A stretch of 42,039 bases of DNA from Thermoplasmata archaeon (GCA_046538435.1 JBKHIX010000002.1:1-42039), one strand, 5' to 3'. Positions 1 through 9,093 are shown, counted from the first letter of the stretch. Made by a program: numbers and translations. Notes: generated from the letters alone by a model not told the origin.

Positions 1-127
1 TCCGGGGCCTCGCATTACTATCTTAAAGATTGCTATTTATAAATTTGTCTGATTTTTCAATATTAACGAGAAATATCTACCTTCAAAAAGAAAATATTAT
101 TACCAACTACTTCACTTTTATTATCGA

Positions 128-952
128 ATGTCTATTTCAGATAATTCCGAAGGTATACAGATTTTGCCATTAACAGAAAGTAATGTAGACGACGTAATAT
201 GCTGCCCCGGGGGTCTGGAAGTTAAAAACAAAGACATGAAAGGAGACCTGTACCAAACACTCCTGTGGCGCAAAAGGATGCTTGACAACGGCTTGAGCGG
301 ATACATTTTCTACAAGGGTGAAACCCCTCACGGTTTCATAGAATACATGCCTGTAGAGTCGTCTCCATTCCCCATAGATGCCCCTAGTTCAGCAGTTTTG
401 ATGTGCTTTCACTGGGCGAGCACCGAAGAAGAACCTCATCTCGAGACTGAAAAAGAGATGATAGAGATGGTGATAGAAGATATCTATGAAAATTTCGACG
501 GATTGGTAGCCTTCGGTTGGGATAACCCAGAACATTTTCCCATTGATATGTTAAAAGAACTCGGTTTTGAAATTGTAGATTCTGAAAAATTAACAAAGTT
601 GATGTGGCTCCCTTTAAAAGATAAAGCATCTAGACCATATATCCTAGATACAGGAGTACAGGCTGAAGATCATTCTGACGAAGGAAAATTGAATATCATT
701 TCAACCTACTCCCATAGATGTCCCTACAGTATTCATAATGGAGTTAAGGTAAAAGAAGCGATAGAAAAAATAGACGATGATCGTATAGGATTCACCCAAC
801 ATACCATAGATAAGCAGGAAGATGCACTAGAATGGGCAGACGATCCGGGAAACTGGGAGTATTTGATGATAAATGGAGAAGAAGTCAATATCTTCGATAA
901 ATCAGCAGATGAGATAAAAGAAATTATAGAAGAGAAACTATCAGAACTCTGA
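128..952 (+). CDS. GNAT-like acetyltransferase with C-terminal YoaP-like domain
   Basis: 274-aa ORF. The N-terminal half looks like an acetyltransferase fold (GYIFYKGETPHGFIEYMP, LMCFHW). The C-terminal part carries a CPY-type motif (YSHRCPYSIHNGVKVKEAIE ... YLMINGEEV) resembling the YoaP-like domain. Assigned by eye only. Confidence 0.5.
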   Translation: MSISDNSEGIQILPLTESNVDDVICCPGGLEVKNKDMKGDLYQTLLWRKRMLDNGLSGYIFYKGETPHGFIEYMPVESSPFPIDAPSSAVLMCFHWASTEEEPHLETEKEMIEMVIEDIYENFDGLVAFGWDNPEHFPIDMLKELGFEIVDSEKLTKLMWLPLKDKASRPYILDTGVQAEDHSDEGKLNIISTYSHRCPYSIHNGVKVKEAIEKIDDDRIGFTQHTIDKQEDALEWADDPGNWEYLMINGEEVNIFDKSADEIKEIIEEKLSEL

Positions 953-953
953 T

Positions 954-1649
954 TCATTCCCTATAAACCATTGGTTCTGTATCACTGACTATCTCCCATC
1001 TACCTGAATATGAATCATATCTGTATTCACCTTTTACTACGACTGGAGTTTTCTTTAAAAAAGTTTCATTGCCTGCAGGACTCCACTCTTCTATATGGCA
1101 GTTTACCTGTTTGTATCCTCCACCTAGTGGACATATCTCCATATCATAACCGCCGTATGACTGGCCATCATTCACGACTTCACCTCTTACTTTTACGTTC
1201 ATACCTTCATACCATTCGGGATTTTCCAACAAAGAGGATATTTCAGTATAACTGTAGCAAGCTTTCTTCTCCAGTTCAATCCCATAGGACTCTTCCACAT
1301 TTAAAGTGTAATCACCTTCATACTCTTTAATGAAACCTCTGACAGAGATCACAGCACCCGGTTTTATCTCTTCTTTATTATCCACTTTCTCAAGTCGATC
1401 TTTTGCTACTTTTACATTAAGGATTTTACTGGACTCATTCTCTTTAAGCTCTATGTACATAGTATCTTCATAACTATAGCTTTCCGCCACTGTACCTGTT
1501 ACCATTACCTTCCTCCCAACAAAATTTTCATCGATTTCAGATATTCTCGAGTGCTTTACTCCTGAACTCGCAGTGAATAAAAACAACGAAGCTGTCCCTA
1601 AAATCGATACTATAACTGCGATGAAAAGCAACTTGTCTTTGGAAATCAT
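954..1649 (-). CDS. Membrane-anchored protein with two OB-fold (tRNA_anti-like) domains
   Basis: 231 aa. N-terminal MISKDK followed by a hydrophobic helix (LLFIAVIVSILGTASLFLFTA). Two repeats of the pattern VxVxGxV...Y...L.D typical of OB-fold modules (VMVTGTVAESYSYEDTMYIELKE; VKVRGEVVNDGQSYGGYDMEI). The start lies 3 nt after the orc1 stop. Confidence 0.5.
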   Translation of the reverse strand: MISKDKLLFIAVIVSILGTASLFLFTASSGVKHSRISEIDENFVGRKVMVTGTVAESYSYEDTMYIELKENESSKILNVKVAKDRLEKVDNKEEIKPGAVISVRGFIKEYEGDYTLNVEESYGIELEKKACYSYTEISSLLENPEWYEGMNVKVRGEVVNDGQSYGGYDMEICPLGGGYKQVNCHIEEWSPAGNETFLKKTPVVVKGEYRYDSYSGRWEIVSDTEPMVYRE

Positions 1650-1652
1650 CTA

Positions 1653-2816
1653 TTATCTACCCAATATCTCCAACAATTTATTTTCCATCCGCTCTGCAGG
1701 AATATCAGCGATAGATACCTTAGTCGTCCTTCCGGTTCCATCAGATACGGTCTTTGTCTCTATCAAACCGGCATTTGACAGTGACTTCAGGTATTTCCAG
1801 AATTGAGTGTGTCCCAGTTTTTTACAGTCGTACTCTTCACAGATTATCTTGTAGAGTTCCTCCACATCACCAGTAGTCGTATAGGATTGTTTCTTCAATT
1901 TCCTAGTTGCTGCTAATAGGATCACTCTTTCCTGTTGATTCAAATCTTTCAACCTGCTCTCTGTAACGTAAGGATCGACCTCAGCTTTAGCTCTTCTAAC
2001 ATCTTCAGACCTTATCTGATCCATTCTATCCATCTCTGCTGTTAAACTCGATTTCTCTAGTAGTTCTATACCAAATCTAGCATCCCCTTTTTTACCTGCA
2101 ATATCTGATAAAAATCTTATCTCCTCTTCCTCTATAGCACCCGGATATAGGGATATCTGTATCCTCTGTGACAATATATCATATAACTCATCCGAATTAT
2201 ATTTGGGAAATCTCACCCTGTTGCTTCTTTTAAAAGAACTCAACGCACTTTCTTCCAGTAGTTCGAAGGCGTTTTTCTGAGATATCAATACCAAAGATAC
2301 ATTACCAACTGAAGACAGTTCTTCTTCATTGAATCTGGTCAGCAGATAAACCAGCTCAGAACCGTCTTTTTGAATAAGGGCATCGACTTCGTCCAACACC
2401 ACTATCAGATGGGTTTTCTGATTCTTCAATTTATTCTTCAATATCTCCATCATCTCTCCGACAGAGAAACCTCTATCTGGAAATCCCTTATCAAAATGAT
2501 GAACTATCTTCCACATGGCAGAACTGTTGTTCTTCCTTCTCCTACAGTTCACAAATACATACTCTATATTCTTACCTTTATCTTTAGCCCAATCCTTAAA
2601 ATCCATACAGAAGCGCTTTGCAGTAGCTGTCTTACCAGTACCTACCTGACCGTGTAAGAAAACATTCTGAGATACGTCTGATTTCACCACTCCTCTAAAC
2701 AATCCGAAAAGATTTTTGATCTGATCATCACGGTTTGGAAGATCTTTAGGTACATAATCGAATGACAGCTTTTTCTGATCCTTTATTATATTTCCAGTAG
2801 TATCTCCAAAATCCAT
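1653..2816 (-). CDS. orc1: Orc1/Cdc6 replication initiator (AAA+ ATPase with winged-helix C-terminus)
   Basis: 387 aa. Walker A GQVGTGKT, Walker B IVVLDEVD, and the typical N-terminal LSFDYVPKDLPNRDDQI. A GGAG motif lies in the 10-nt gap upstream of the ATG. Confidence 0.95.
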   Translation of the reverse strand: MDFGDTTGNIIKDQKKLSFDYVPKDLPNRDDQIKNLFGLFRGVVKSDVSQNVFLHGQVGTGKTATAKRFCMDFKDWAKDKGKNIEYVFVNCRRRKNNSSAMWKIVHHFDKGFPDRGFSVGEMMEILKNKLKNQKTHLIVVLDEVDALIQKDGSELVYLLTRFNEEELSSVGNVSLVLISQKNAFELLEESALSSFKRSNRVRFPKYNSDELYDILSQRIQISLYPGAIEEEEIRFLSDIAGKKGDARFGIELLEKSSLTAEMDRMDQIRSEDVRRAKAEVDPYVTESRLKDLNQQERVILLAATRKLKKQSYTTTGDVEELYKIICEEYDCKKLGHTQFWKYLKSLSNAGLIETKTVSDGTGRTTKVSIADIPAERMENKLLEILGR

Positions 2817-2826
2817 ATTTCTCCGC

Positions 2827-4131
2827 TCATTGTTTTCTTAGGTCAGCCTCACAAAGTTCACAGAATTTTGTACTAGGGTCGTTCAGGTGATTACAGATTG
2901 GGCACTTTATTTTTTCCTTTTTCATCGAATTCTCCTCTTCCTGATCAATAGAGCTCTTACCTTCATCTTCATCCATCTTCTCAATCTCTTCAATAACACT
3001 AACTAAATCTTCCTCTTCCTGCATCTCTTCTGATGTACCTTCAGGAGTGATCACTATATCTTGAGGCTTCCCCTTCTTTTCCTCTTCTTTGTCTTCTGGT
3101 TCTGATATTTCATTGACTACGTCAACCACATTCTTCTCCTCAGTATCCCTTAATGGTTCAGGTATTTCTTCTTCATCCATCTCTTCTTTACCAAAAACTG
3201 GTTTTTCTAGTTGCTCCTCACCCTGACTGGACATTTTAACTTTTACTTCCTCTTCTTTCTTTTTCTCGGATCGGAGTTCCTCTTCAGCCTCTTTTTCTTC
3301 CTGCTCAATTTCCTCTTTAGTTCGGGGTAAAATAGAGTTCTTTATTGTAACATTTTTACCTGTAGAGAGAGAACCAACGTATTCCACACTCCCATTGACT
3401 GTGACTCCATCAGCTAAAACAACCTCACCACCTGATGAAACATCCTGAACAGTCGAATTCTTTTCAATTGTTAGATCTGTTTCACTCTCTATGTCGCCTG
3501 ATTCGATCTCCTCACCTACAGATATCTTTTTACCTTTTATCATTCCCTCGATCTTAACTTGATTTCCTAAAATGACATCTCCAGATTTAGATATTAGATC
3601 ACCCTGGATAACTACATCATCTCCAAAATTAATATCGCTCTCTGCATCGACTGAACCTTTGATATCAACCTCATTTCCTCCTTCTATCTTTCCTCTAGAT
3701 TCTACATCAGCAGTGACAATAGTGCTATGCTTGAATATTATATCGGTATCTGATCTTATGGCCAACTCACTAGAAACACCTGATCGTTTTTTCAATCTTT
3801 CTAACAAATCCTGATTTTCTTTATTCAATTCTTCTATCTCATCTTTTAATTCCTCAATTTCCTCTTCATAATCCTTGATAACTCCATCCTTTTCCTTCAC
3901 CATTTTACTCTCAACATCACCCTCTTCAAGCTTCTCATTCAATTCTTTTATCTTCTCATTTTTCTTTTCTAAGATACTTTTCTTTTTATCAAGAACTTTT
4001 CTATTCTCTTCCTCTAGCTTTTCTATTTCACCCTCTAACTTTGATTTCTCTTCTTTTAACTCTTCAACCTCATCACGATACTTTTTCAATTTCTTCCGAA
4101 TATACTCTTTCTTATCTTCCATAAGTGTCAC
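2827..4131 (-). CDS. Coiled-coil / bactofilin-like beta-helix / acidic linker / C-terminal zinc-ribbon protein
   Basis: 434 aa. Residues 1-115 are E/K-rich heptad-like sequence. Residues ~125-268 are repetitive G/D/V turns (VDIKGSVDAESDINFGDDVVIQGDLISKSGDVILGNQVKIEGMIKGKKISVG...) like the bactofilin (DUF583) domain. Residues ~270-405 are poly-acidic. The C-terminus is CPICNHLNDPSTKFCELCEADL. Confidence 0.6.
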   Translation of the reverse strand: MTLMEDKKEYIRKKLKKYRDEVEELKEEKSKLEGEIEKLEEENRKVLDKKKSILEKKNEKIKELNEKLEEGDVESKMVKEKDGVIKDYEEEIEELKDEIEELNKENQDLLERLKKRSGVSSELAIRSDTDIIFKHSTIVTADVESRGKIEGGNEVDIKGSVDAESDINFGDDVVIQGDLISKSGDVILGNQVKIEGMIKGKKISVGEEIESGDIESETDLTIEKNSTVQDVSSGGEVVLADGVTVNGSVEYVGSLSTGKNVTIKNSILPRTKEEIEQEEKEAEEELRSEKKKEEEVKVKMSSQGEEQLEKPVFGKEEMDEEEIPEPLRDTEEKNVVDVVNEISEPEDKEEEKKGKPQDIVITPEGTSEEMQEEEDLVSVIEEIEKMDEDEGKSSIDQEEENSMKKEKIKCPICNHLNDPSTKFCELCEADLRKQ

Positions 4132-4224
4132 TCTTGAAGGGCTCTTTTTATACTGTATGCTAATTTACATTATTTAAGATTTATCGGTATAAATATTTGT
4201 AAAAAAAGAAGTAAGTCTTAAACT

Positions 4225-4860
4225 CTAAAGGTTATCGATGATTCCTTTCATCCTTTCAACTTCAACTATACAAAACACATCCCCTTTTTTAGAAATTCTT
4301 TTGATGTTTTTGGCTATGACCTCTTCTCTATGGACCTCCAGCTCCTGATACCCCTTCAACTTGTTGATCACTTTATCCCATCTGAGAGCAAACTCTTTAG
4401 GAGTTTCTGCTTTGATCTTTTTCCTCGAAAGCGACTTTTCTCTAAATGCTTGTCTTAACCATTGAGTTCCAGTGACATATTTACAGTAAGCCATTGTATA
4501 ATGTTCTTCATCCATATCTAAAGATTCCAATCTTTTATTCTCATCTTCACAGAATTTTAAAAGAAACACGTATGAAGGAGGGGGCAAACTCACTTCTCCA
4601 AAGGTACTTAATCGCTCAGCGTAAATTTTTTCAACTTTATTTGGCTCAATCTCTATCTCATCATTCTCTTCGATGAACTCTTTTAAACCATTCAATTCTT
4701 CTTTAGATATCGGCAGGGCTGCAACTTCAAAATCTAAAGATTTCATATTATTTTTTACCTTTTCAGCTTCAGTGACAAGTCCTTTGACTATACCCATCAT
4801 GTAAATTTTAGAGCCGTCAATCTCAGCTTCGTACAAGTTAACTATCCCCCTTTCTCTCAT
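4225..4860 (-). CDS. Conserved hypothetical protein, possibly a degenerate TraB/GumN-like fold
   Basis: 211-aa ORF overlapping the upstream gene end by 23 nt. The layout IYMMGIVKGLVTEAEKVKNNMKSLDFEVAALPIS ... LESLDMDEEHY recalls TraB-family proteins but lacks the GTAHVS-type motif. The family call is weak. Confidence 0.3.
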   Translation of the reverse strand: MRERGIVNLYEAEIDGSKIYMMGIVKGLVTEAEKVKNNMKSLDFEVAALPISKEELNGLKEFIEENDEIEIEPNKVEKIYAERLSTFGEVSLPPPSYVFLLKFCEDENKRLESLDMDEEHYTMAYCKYVTGTQWLRQAFREKSLSRKKIKAETPKEFALRWDKVINKLKGYQELEVHREEVIAKNIKRISKKGDVFCIVEVERMKGIIDNL

Positions 4861-5788
4861 TTAGGATTTCTTTCATCTTTTCTCCTGTATCTATCTTGAA
4901 TAACTCTTTTTTCTCAATAACTGGTATCCCTTCAATATTTACTTGCGTATATCTTTTTTTTATAAAGAAGACTGAATCTTTTTCAGTTATCTTAGAAAGG
5001 TTAGAAACTATTTTCGCTTTATTCTTGATGTCTTCGTTCCCTTTGGATCCTATACCACTCAATAATATGGTATCATCATCACTTGTCACAGCTTCAAAAG
5101 GACACTTGCAGGTTGGAATTACCTCATAGCCAAAAGAATTCAATGACTCAAATACAAATCTACTCAATCCTTTGAATTTATTTATAGATTCTATATCCTT
5201 TTCATCTATCTCTGCTTTTTCCAAAGGATTCAGAGGCATTATTAAATCTCCTCCCAGGAACTCCTCGAGTCTTATAGCTACTTCTAAATCAGCCCCCATC
5301 CCATTTTCATACTTCTGTATCGACTTTCTTGAAACACCAGCTATCTCTGCTAATTTTTTCAAAGATATCTGTTTCTTCTTCCTTATTTTTTTAAATAAGT
5401 TAGAATCCAGCTGTACATAAAATCCTCCTGGCGCTGAGAAAACATAGGGTGGTATTCCTTCTATTACCATATCCTTCAGTGTTTCAAGGCTGATCAAAGG
5501 TATGCCTCTGCGTGTATAAACCACTCCTTTTTCCAACTCTCTCCGGCCCCCATTGACCGCTATAAACAGAGGTGAAGCATCCAGAGCACTAGCCAATCTC
5601 TTCAGTTCATTAGCGTTATCAATCCTAGAACTATCTGCATTCAATAGTACCCTTATTACTATCAATTCTTCGTCTTTACGTGCGACTAAATCGAAGCTTA
5701 TACCCCTGTCTCGAAAGGAATCTGTTATATAGAAACCGGACTTCGCAAGGGCTTCTCTAACCTCTTTTATCAACTGAAGCCTATTCAT
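4838..5788 (-). CDS. Archaeal putative HTH-type transcriptional regulator (XRE-type HTH flanked by two nuclease-fold-like domains)
   Basis: 316 aa. Central HTH KKKQISLKKLAEIAGVSRKSIQKYENG. The N-terminus (GFYITDSFRDRGISFDLVARKDEELIVIRV) is typical of the conserved ~320-aa archaeal regulator family. Confidence 0.8.
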   Translation of the reverse strand: MNRLQLIKEVREALAKSGFYITDSFRDRGISFDLVARKDEELIVIRVLLNADSSRIDNANELKRLASALDASPLFIAVNGGRRELEKGVVYTRRGIPLISLETLKDMVIEGIPPYVFSAPGGFYVQLDSNLFKKIRKKKQISLKKLAEIAGVSRKSIQKYENGMGADLEVAIRLEEFLGGDLIMPLNPLEKAEIDEKDIESINKFKGLSRFVFESLNSFGYEVIPTCKCPFEAVTSDDDTILLSGIGSKGNEDIKNKAKIVSNLSKITEKDSVFFIKKRYTQVNIEGIPVIEKKELFKIDTGEKMKEILNERKGDS

Positions 5789-5943
5789 CCATACCTAATT
5801 TAGTTTAATGTTCTATATAAGTATAACGGTAAATATATAAGTTAAAGTTGTTGATCGATTCTAAATTACAATCAAAGGTTTAGTAAAATATATATAGAAC
5901 CTCAATATTGAAAACTTCAACAAATGATTCAAAGGTGTAAATT

Positions 5944-7608
5944 ATGTTTGGAAACCAACCAATATTACTATTAAAAGAAGGAACGGAAAGAGAAAGAGGA
6001 GAAGACGCTCAGAAAAGAAACATCGCTGCTGCAAAGGCAATCGCTGACGCAGTAAGAACCACACTTGGTCCAAAAGGAATGGACAAGATGCTTGTGGACA
6101 GCTTAGGGGATGTTGTTATCACAAATGATGGTGCTACTATACTCAAAGAAATAGATATAGAGCATCCTGCAGCTAAGATGGTTGTTGAGGTTGCAGAGAG
6201 TCAAGATGATGAATGTGGGGATGGAACAACAACTGTTGTTGTTCTTGCGGGAGAGTTCTTGAAAGAAGCAGAGGACCTTATCGAACAAAATATTCATCCA
6301 AGCGTTATCGCTAAAGGATTCAGAGATGCAGCAGCCAAATCACAGGAAATTCTCCAGGAGAGCAAGATAGATATCGATATCAACGATGAAGAAAAGTTAA
6401 ATGAAATTGCAAAGACAGCCATGACTGGAAAGGCTATAGAAGGCAACAAAGATAAATTGGCTGAGATGGTTGTAGAAGCAGTAAGACATGTTGCAGAGGA
6501 AGAAGACGGATCATACATGGTCGATATCGACAACATAAAAGTAGAGAAGAAATCTGGAGCTAGTGTTGAAAGATCTGAGATGGTTAACGGTATCATACTC
6601 GATAAAGAAAGATTGAACGCAAGTATGCCCAAAGAGGTGAAGGACGCCAAGATAGCTCTTCTGAATTCAGCTCTTGAGATAAAAGAAACAGAAGTAGATG
6701 CTGAGATCGAGATAACAAATCCAGAACAGTTACAGCAGTTCATAGATGAAGAGGAAGCAAGCATCAAGAAGATGGTCGATAAAATCAAAGATGTTGGTGC
6801 TAACGTATTGCTGTGTCAGAAAGGAATAGATGACTTAGCTCAACATTATCTAGCAAAGAACGGAATATTGGCTATAAGAAGAGTCAAGAAGTCTGATATG
6901 AAGAAACTTGCAAAAGCAACAGGTGGAAACGTAGTAACAAATCTAAAAGACCTAGAAGAATCTGACTTAGGAAAAACGGGAATGGTACATGAAAAATTAG
7001 TCGGCGACAGCCACATGACCTTCGTAGAAGATGCTGCCAAAGGTAAATCTGTATCATTGTTGTTAAGAGGAGGAACAGAACATGTGGTAGATGAACTAGA
7101 AAGAGCGATTCACGACGCATTGAAAGTCTCTGCAGTTGCAATAGAAGACGGTGCAATACTACCTGGCGGGGGAGCAACAGAGATAGAATTGAGCAACAAG
7201 CTCAAAGATTACGCAGGAACTGTTAAAGGAAGAGAACAGTTGGCCATAGAAGCCTTCGCTGATGCTTTAACGATCATACCAAGAACATTAGCAGAAAACG
7301 CAGGAATGGATGGTATCGACGTCCTTATGGATCTCAACACAGCACATGAAAAAGACGGACTTAGAAATCAAGGTATAGAGATCATCAGTGGTGAAGTATC
7401 TGATATGGTAGACAGCAAAGTTGTCGAACCTTTCAGAGTTAAGAGCCAGGCAATACAGGCAGCTACTGAGGTAGCTAACATGATACTAAGAATCGACGAT
7501 GTCATAGCCTCCAAAGGTGGAGGCGGTGGAGAAGAAGCCGGTGGTCCACCAGGAGGACCTGGCGGAGGAATGCCAGGCGGCATGGGCGGAATGCCCGGTA
7601 TGATGTAA
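5944..7608 (+). CDS. ths: Thermosome subunit (group II chaperonin)
   Basis: 554 aa. Motifs [21 protein letters not shown] and GDGTTT, plus a C-terminal Gly/Met tail [18 protein letters not shown] lies 7 nt upstream of the ATG, and an AT-rich TATA-like block sits at about 5885-5896. Confidence 0.97.
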   Translation: MFGNQPILLLKEGTERERGEDAQKRNIAAAKAIADAVRTTLGPKGMDKMLVDSLGDVVITNDGATILKEIDIEHPAAKMVVEVAESQDDECGDGTTTVVVLAGEFLKEAEDLIEQNIHPSVIAKGFRDAAAKSQEILQESKIDIDINDEEKLNEIAKTAMTGKAIEGNKDKLAEMVVEAVRHVAEEEDGSYMVDIDNIKVEKKSGASVERSEMVNGIILDKERLNASMPKEVKDAKIALLNSALEIKETEVDAEIEITNPEQLQQFIDEEEASIKKMVDKIKDVGANVLLCQKGIDDLAQHYLAKNGILAIRRVKKSDMKKLAKATGGNVVTNLKDLEESDLGKTGMVHEKLVGDSHMTFVEDAAKGKSVSLLLRGGTEHVVDELERAIHDALKVSAVAIEDGAILPGGGATEIELSNKLKDYAGTVKGREQLAIEAFADALTIIPRTLAENAGMDGIDVLMDLNTAHEKDGLRNQGIEIISGEVSDMVDSKVVEPFRVKSQAIQAATEVANMILRIDDVIASKGGGGGEEAGGPPGGPGGGMPGGMGGMPGMM

Positions 7609-7655
7609 ATTAAGTATCGATCATACTGTTTAAGAAATCCTAAAACCCTTTCTTT

Positions 7656-7919
7656 CTAATTTTCTCTGTACTTAATTTTCTGGTAAAACAATATTCCGAC
7701 AAAAGTAATTCCTATTGAATTTCCCACAAGATACGGAACACTTTCAACATTCAAGATGGTATATATTTGCAGACCTATGAACGAAAAGAATGCTACACTC
7801 AAAAATAAAAATGAAAGATCTCTAACTTTCTTCGTTTTGAAAACCTGGTACGCCTGTATAGCCCATCCAGAATTGAGCATAATTATGGAAAATAAACCTA
7901 AAATTTCGATCATCTTCAT
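7656..7919 (-). CDS. Small 3-TM membrane protein, PQ-loop/SemiSWEET-like
   Basis: 87 aa with three predicted helices. The segment after TM1 (IQAYQVFKTKKVRDLS) resembles the PQ-loop signature, with I in place of P. Its ATG overlaps the tmk stop (ATGA). Confidence 0.4.
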   Translation of the reverse strand: MKMIEILGLFSIIMLNSGWAIQAYQVFKTKKVRDLSFLFLSVAFFSFIGLQIYTILNVESVPYLVGNSIGITFVGILFYQKIKYREN

Positions 7920-8494
7920 TTTTCCATCTCCATTTTAACCAAAGAATAGACTTTATCTTTAACATCTTCTAAAGGTTCCGATGCATCTATAGTCACCCAA
8001 TCATGTCTCTCTGCAAGTGTTTGATAATTTTCTCTCACTTTTTGAAGATAATCGACCTTCTCATATTTACTCTTGACATTTCTGCCCTCTATCCGTTCTA
8101 TCGAAACTTCAGGTTCAACATCGAATAAAACCGTTAGATGAGGTTCATGGATGAATGTTTCCTGGATATACTCTATATAGCTTAGATCTATATCTTCTGC
8201 AGCGGCCTGGTAGGCAGCTGTTGAGCCCCAATATCTGTCGCATAATACATCTTTATCCTCAGACATCCACCTCTTTATCTTTTCAGTATGTTCAACCCTA
8301 TCAGCTAGATATAAAAACAAATCTAGATACGGTGAATGTTCTTGGTTTGCTGCTTTTTGAGCTAATTTACCTGCTTCAGAATCAGAGGGTTCTTTTGTAA
8401 AGATCAGGTCATCAAATGTTTTTTCGAGATATTTTCCCACGCTTGATTTGCCAGAACCATCGATACCTTCGAACACTATGAATTTAGACATCAT
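7916..8494 (-). CDS. tmk: Thymidylate kinase
   Basis: P-loop FIVFEGIDGSGKSS, plus TKEPS, LFLYLADRVEH and CDRYWGSTAAYQ. I chose the internal ATG-ATG at 8494 (MMSKFIVFEG) rather than the track start at 8563, which would overlap the Sm promoter region. Confidence 0.88.
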   Translation of the reverse strand: MMSKFIVFEGIDGSGKSSVGKYLEKTFDDLIFTKEPSDSEAGKLAQKAANQEHSPYLDLFLYLADRVEHTEKIKRWMSEDKDVLCDRYWGSTAAYQAAAEDIDLSYIEYIQETFIHEPHLTVLFDVEPEVSIERIEGRNVKSKYEKVDYLQKVRENYQTLAERHDWVTIDASEPLEDVKDKVYSLVKMEMEK

Positions 8495-8597
8495 ATCTCT
8501 ATTCACGGGTGTAAAAATAGTTTTTCGGTTCAAATTATTCAAAGATTCTATGATAAGAAGCATTAGATTTAAGTATATGAACTTAATAGAATGCTAT

Positions 8598-8819
8598 ATG
8601 ACAGATAATAGGCCCCTTACAGTGCTGAATAAAAGTATCGGTAAGAACGTGATCGTAGAACTTAAATATGGTAAGGAATACAGGGGAACATTGAGCGGCT
8701 ACGACCCTCACTTGAACCTTGTCATGGAAGATGTAAAAGAATACATCAATGGTGAGAAAACCCGTGAGATGAAGAAGGCTCTCGTTCGAGGAGATAATGT
8801 AGTTTACGTTTCACCATAA
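8598..8819 (+). CDS. Sm-like (LSm/SmAP) RNA-binding protein
   Basis: 73 aa starting at MTDNRPLTVLNKSIGKNVIVELKYGKEYRGTLSGYDPHLNLVMEDV ... VRGDNVVYV (Sm1 and Sm2 motifs). The 123-aa track ORF is an upstream extension across the tmk start. Confidence 0.85.
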   Translation: MTDNRPLTVLNKSIGKNVIVELKYGKEYRGTLSGYDPHLNLVMEDVKEYINGEKTREMKKALVRGDNVVYVSP

Positions 8820-8835
8820 AAGGGAGGAATAATTC

Positions 8836-9003
8836 ATGAGTAAAGGTACACCATCCAAGGGTAAAAAAGGTAAATCAAAAACTCACATACCATGCAGACG
8901 CTGTGGAAAGAAAGCTTACAATGTAAGAAAAGGCTACTGTGCAGCTTGTGGTTTCGGTAAATCGTCAAAAAAGAGAGACTATAACTGGGCCAAAGACCAT
9001 TAA
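8836..9003 (+). CDS. rpl37e: Ribosomal protein eL37 (L37e)
   Basis: Not in the ORF track because it is only 55 aa: [55 protein letters not shown]. It has a CxxC...CxxC zinc ribbon, and GGGAGG at 8822-8827 lies 8 nt upstream of the ATG. Sm/eL37 is a classic archaeal gene pair. Confidence 0.9.
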   Translation: MSKGTPSKGKKGKSKTHIPCRRCGKKAYNVRKGYCAACGFGKSSKKRDYNWAKDH

Positions 9004-9093
9004 ATAGTCTAATTTTCTCAATTTTCTCTCTAAATATAGTCCAAGCTATCAAAAATAATAATACTATCCTTGATATTTATTGATTAGAGAAAA

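Noticed and set aside
1653-5943. Search for a replication origin (ORB / mini-ORB inverted repeats, long AT-rich unwinding element) next to orc1.
   Set aside because: orc1 is flanked by coding sequence with 3-10-nt gaps. The nearest spacers (4132-4224 and 5789-5943) are short and show only promoter-like TATA blocks. I saw no repeated ORB-like element, so I cannot call an origin in this window.
7368-7583. 71-aa proline-rich minus-strand ORF, and other antisense ORFs within the thermosome gene (for example 6294-6788).
   Set aside because: These are antisense images of the Gly/Met tail and of the Ala/Glu-rich thermosome coding sequence. They are fully contained in a high-confidence gene.
8448-8597. 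N-terminal 50-aa extension of the Sm ORF (track start 8448).
   Set aside because: The extension would overlap the tmk start codon region and is not Sm-like. The ATG at 8598 gives a canonical ~73-aa Sm protein.
8834-9052. 72-aa minus-strand ORF in the track.
   Set aside because: It overlaps the plus-strand eL37 gene, which has a clear family signature and an SD. The antisense ORF has no recognisable features.
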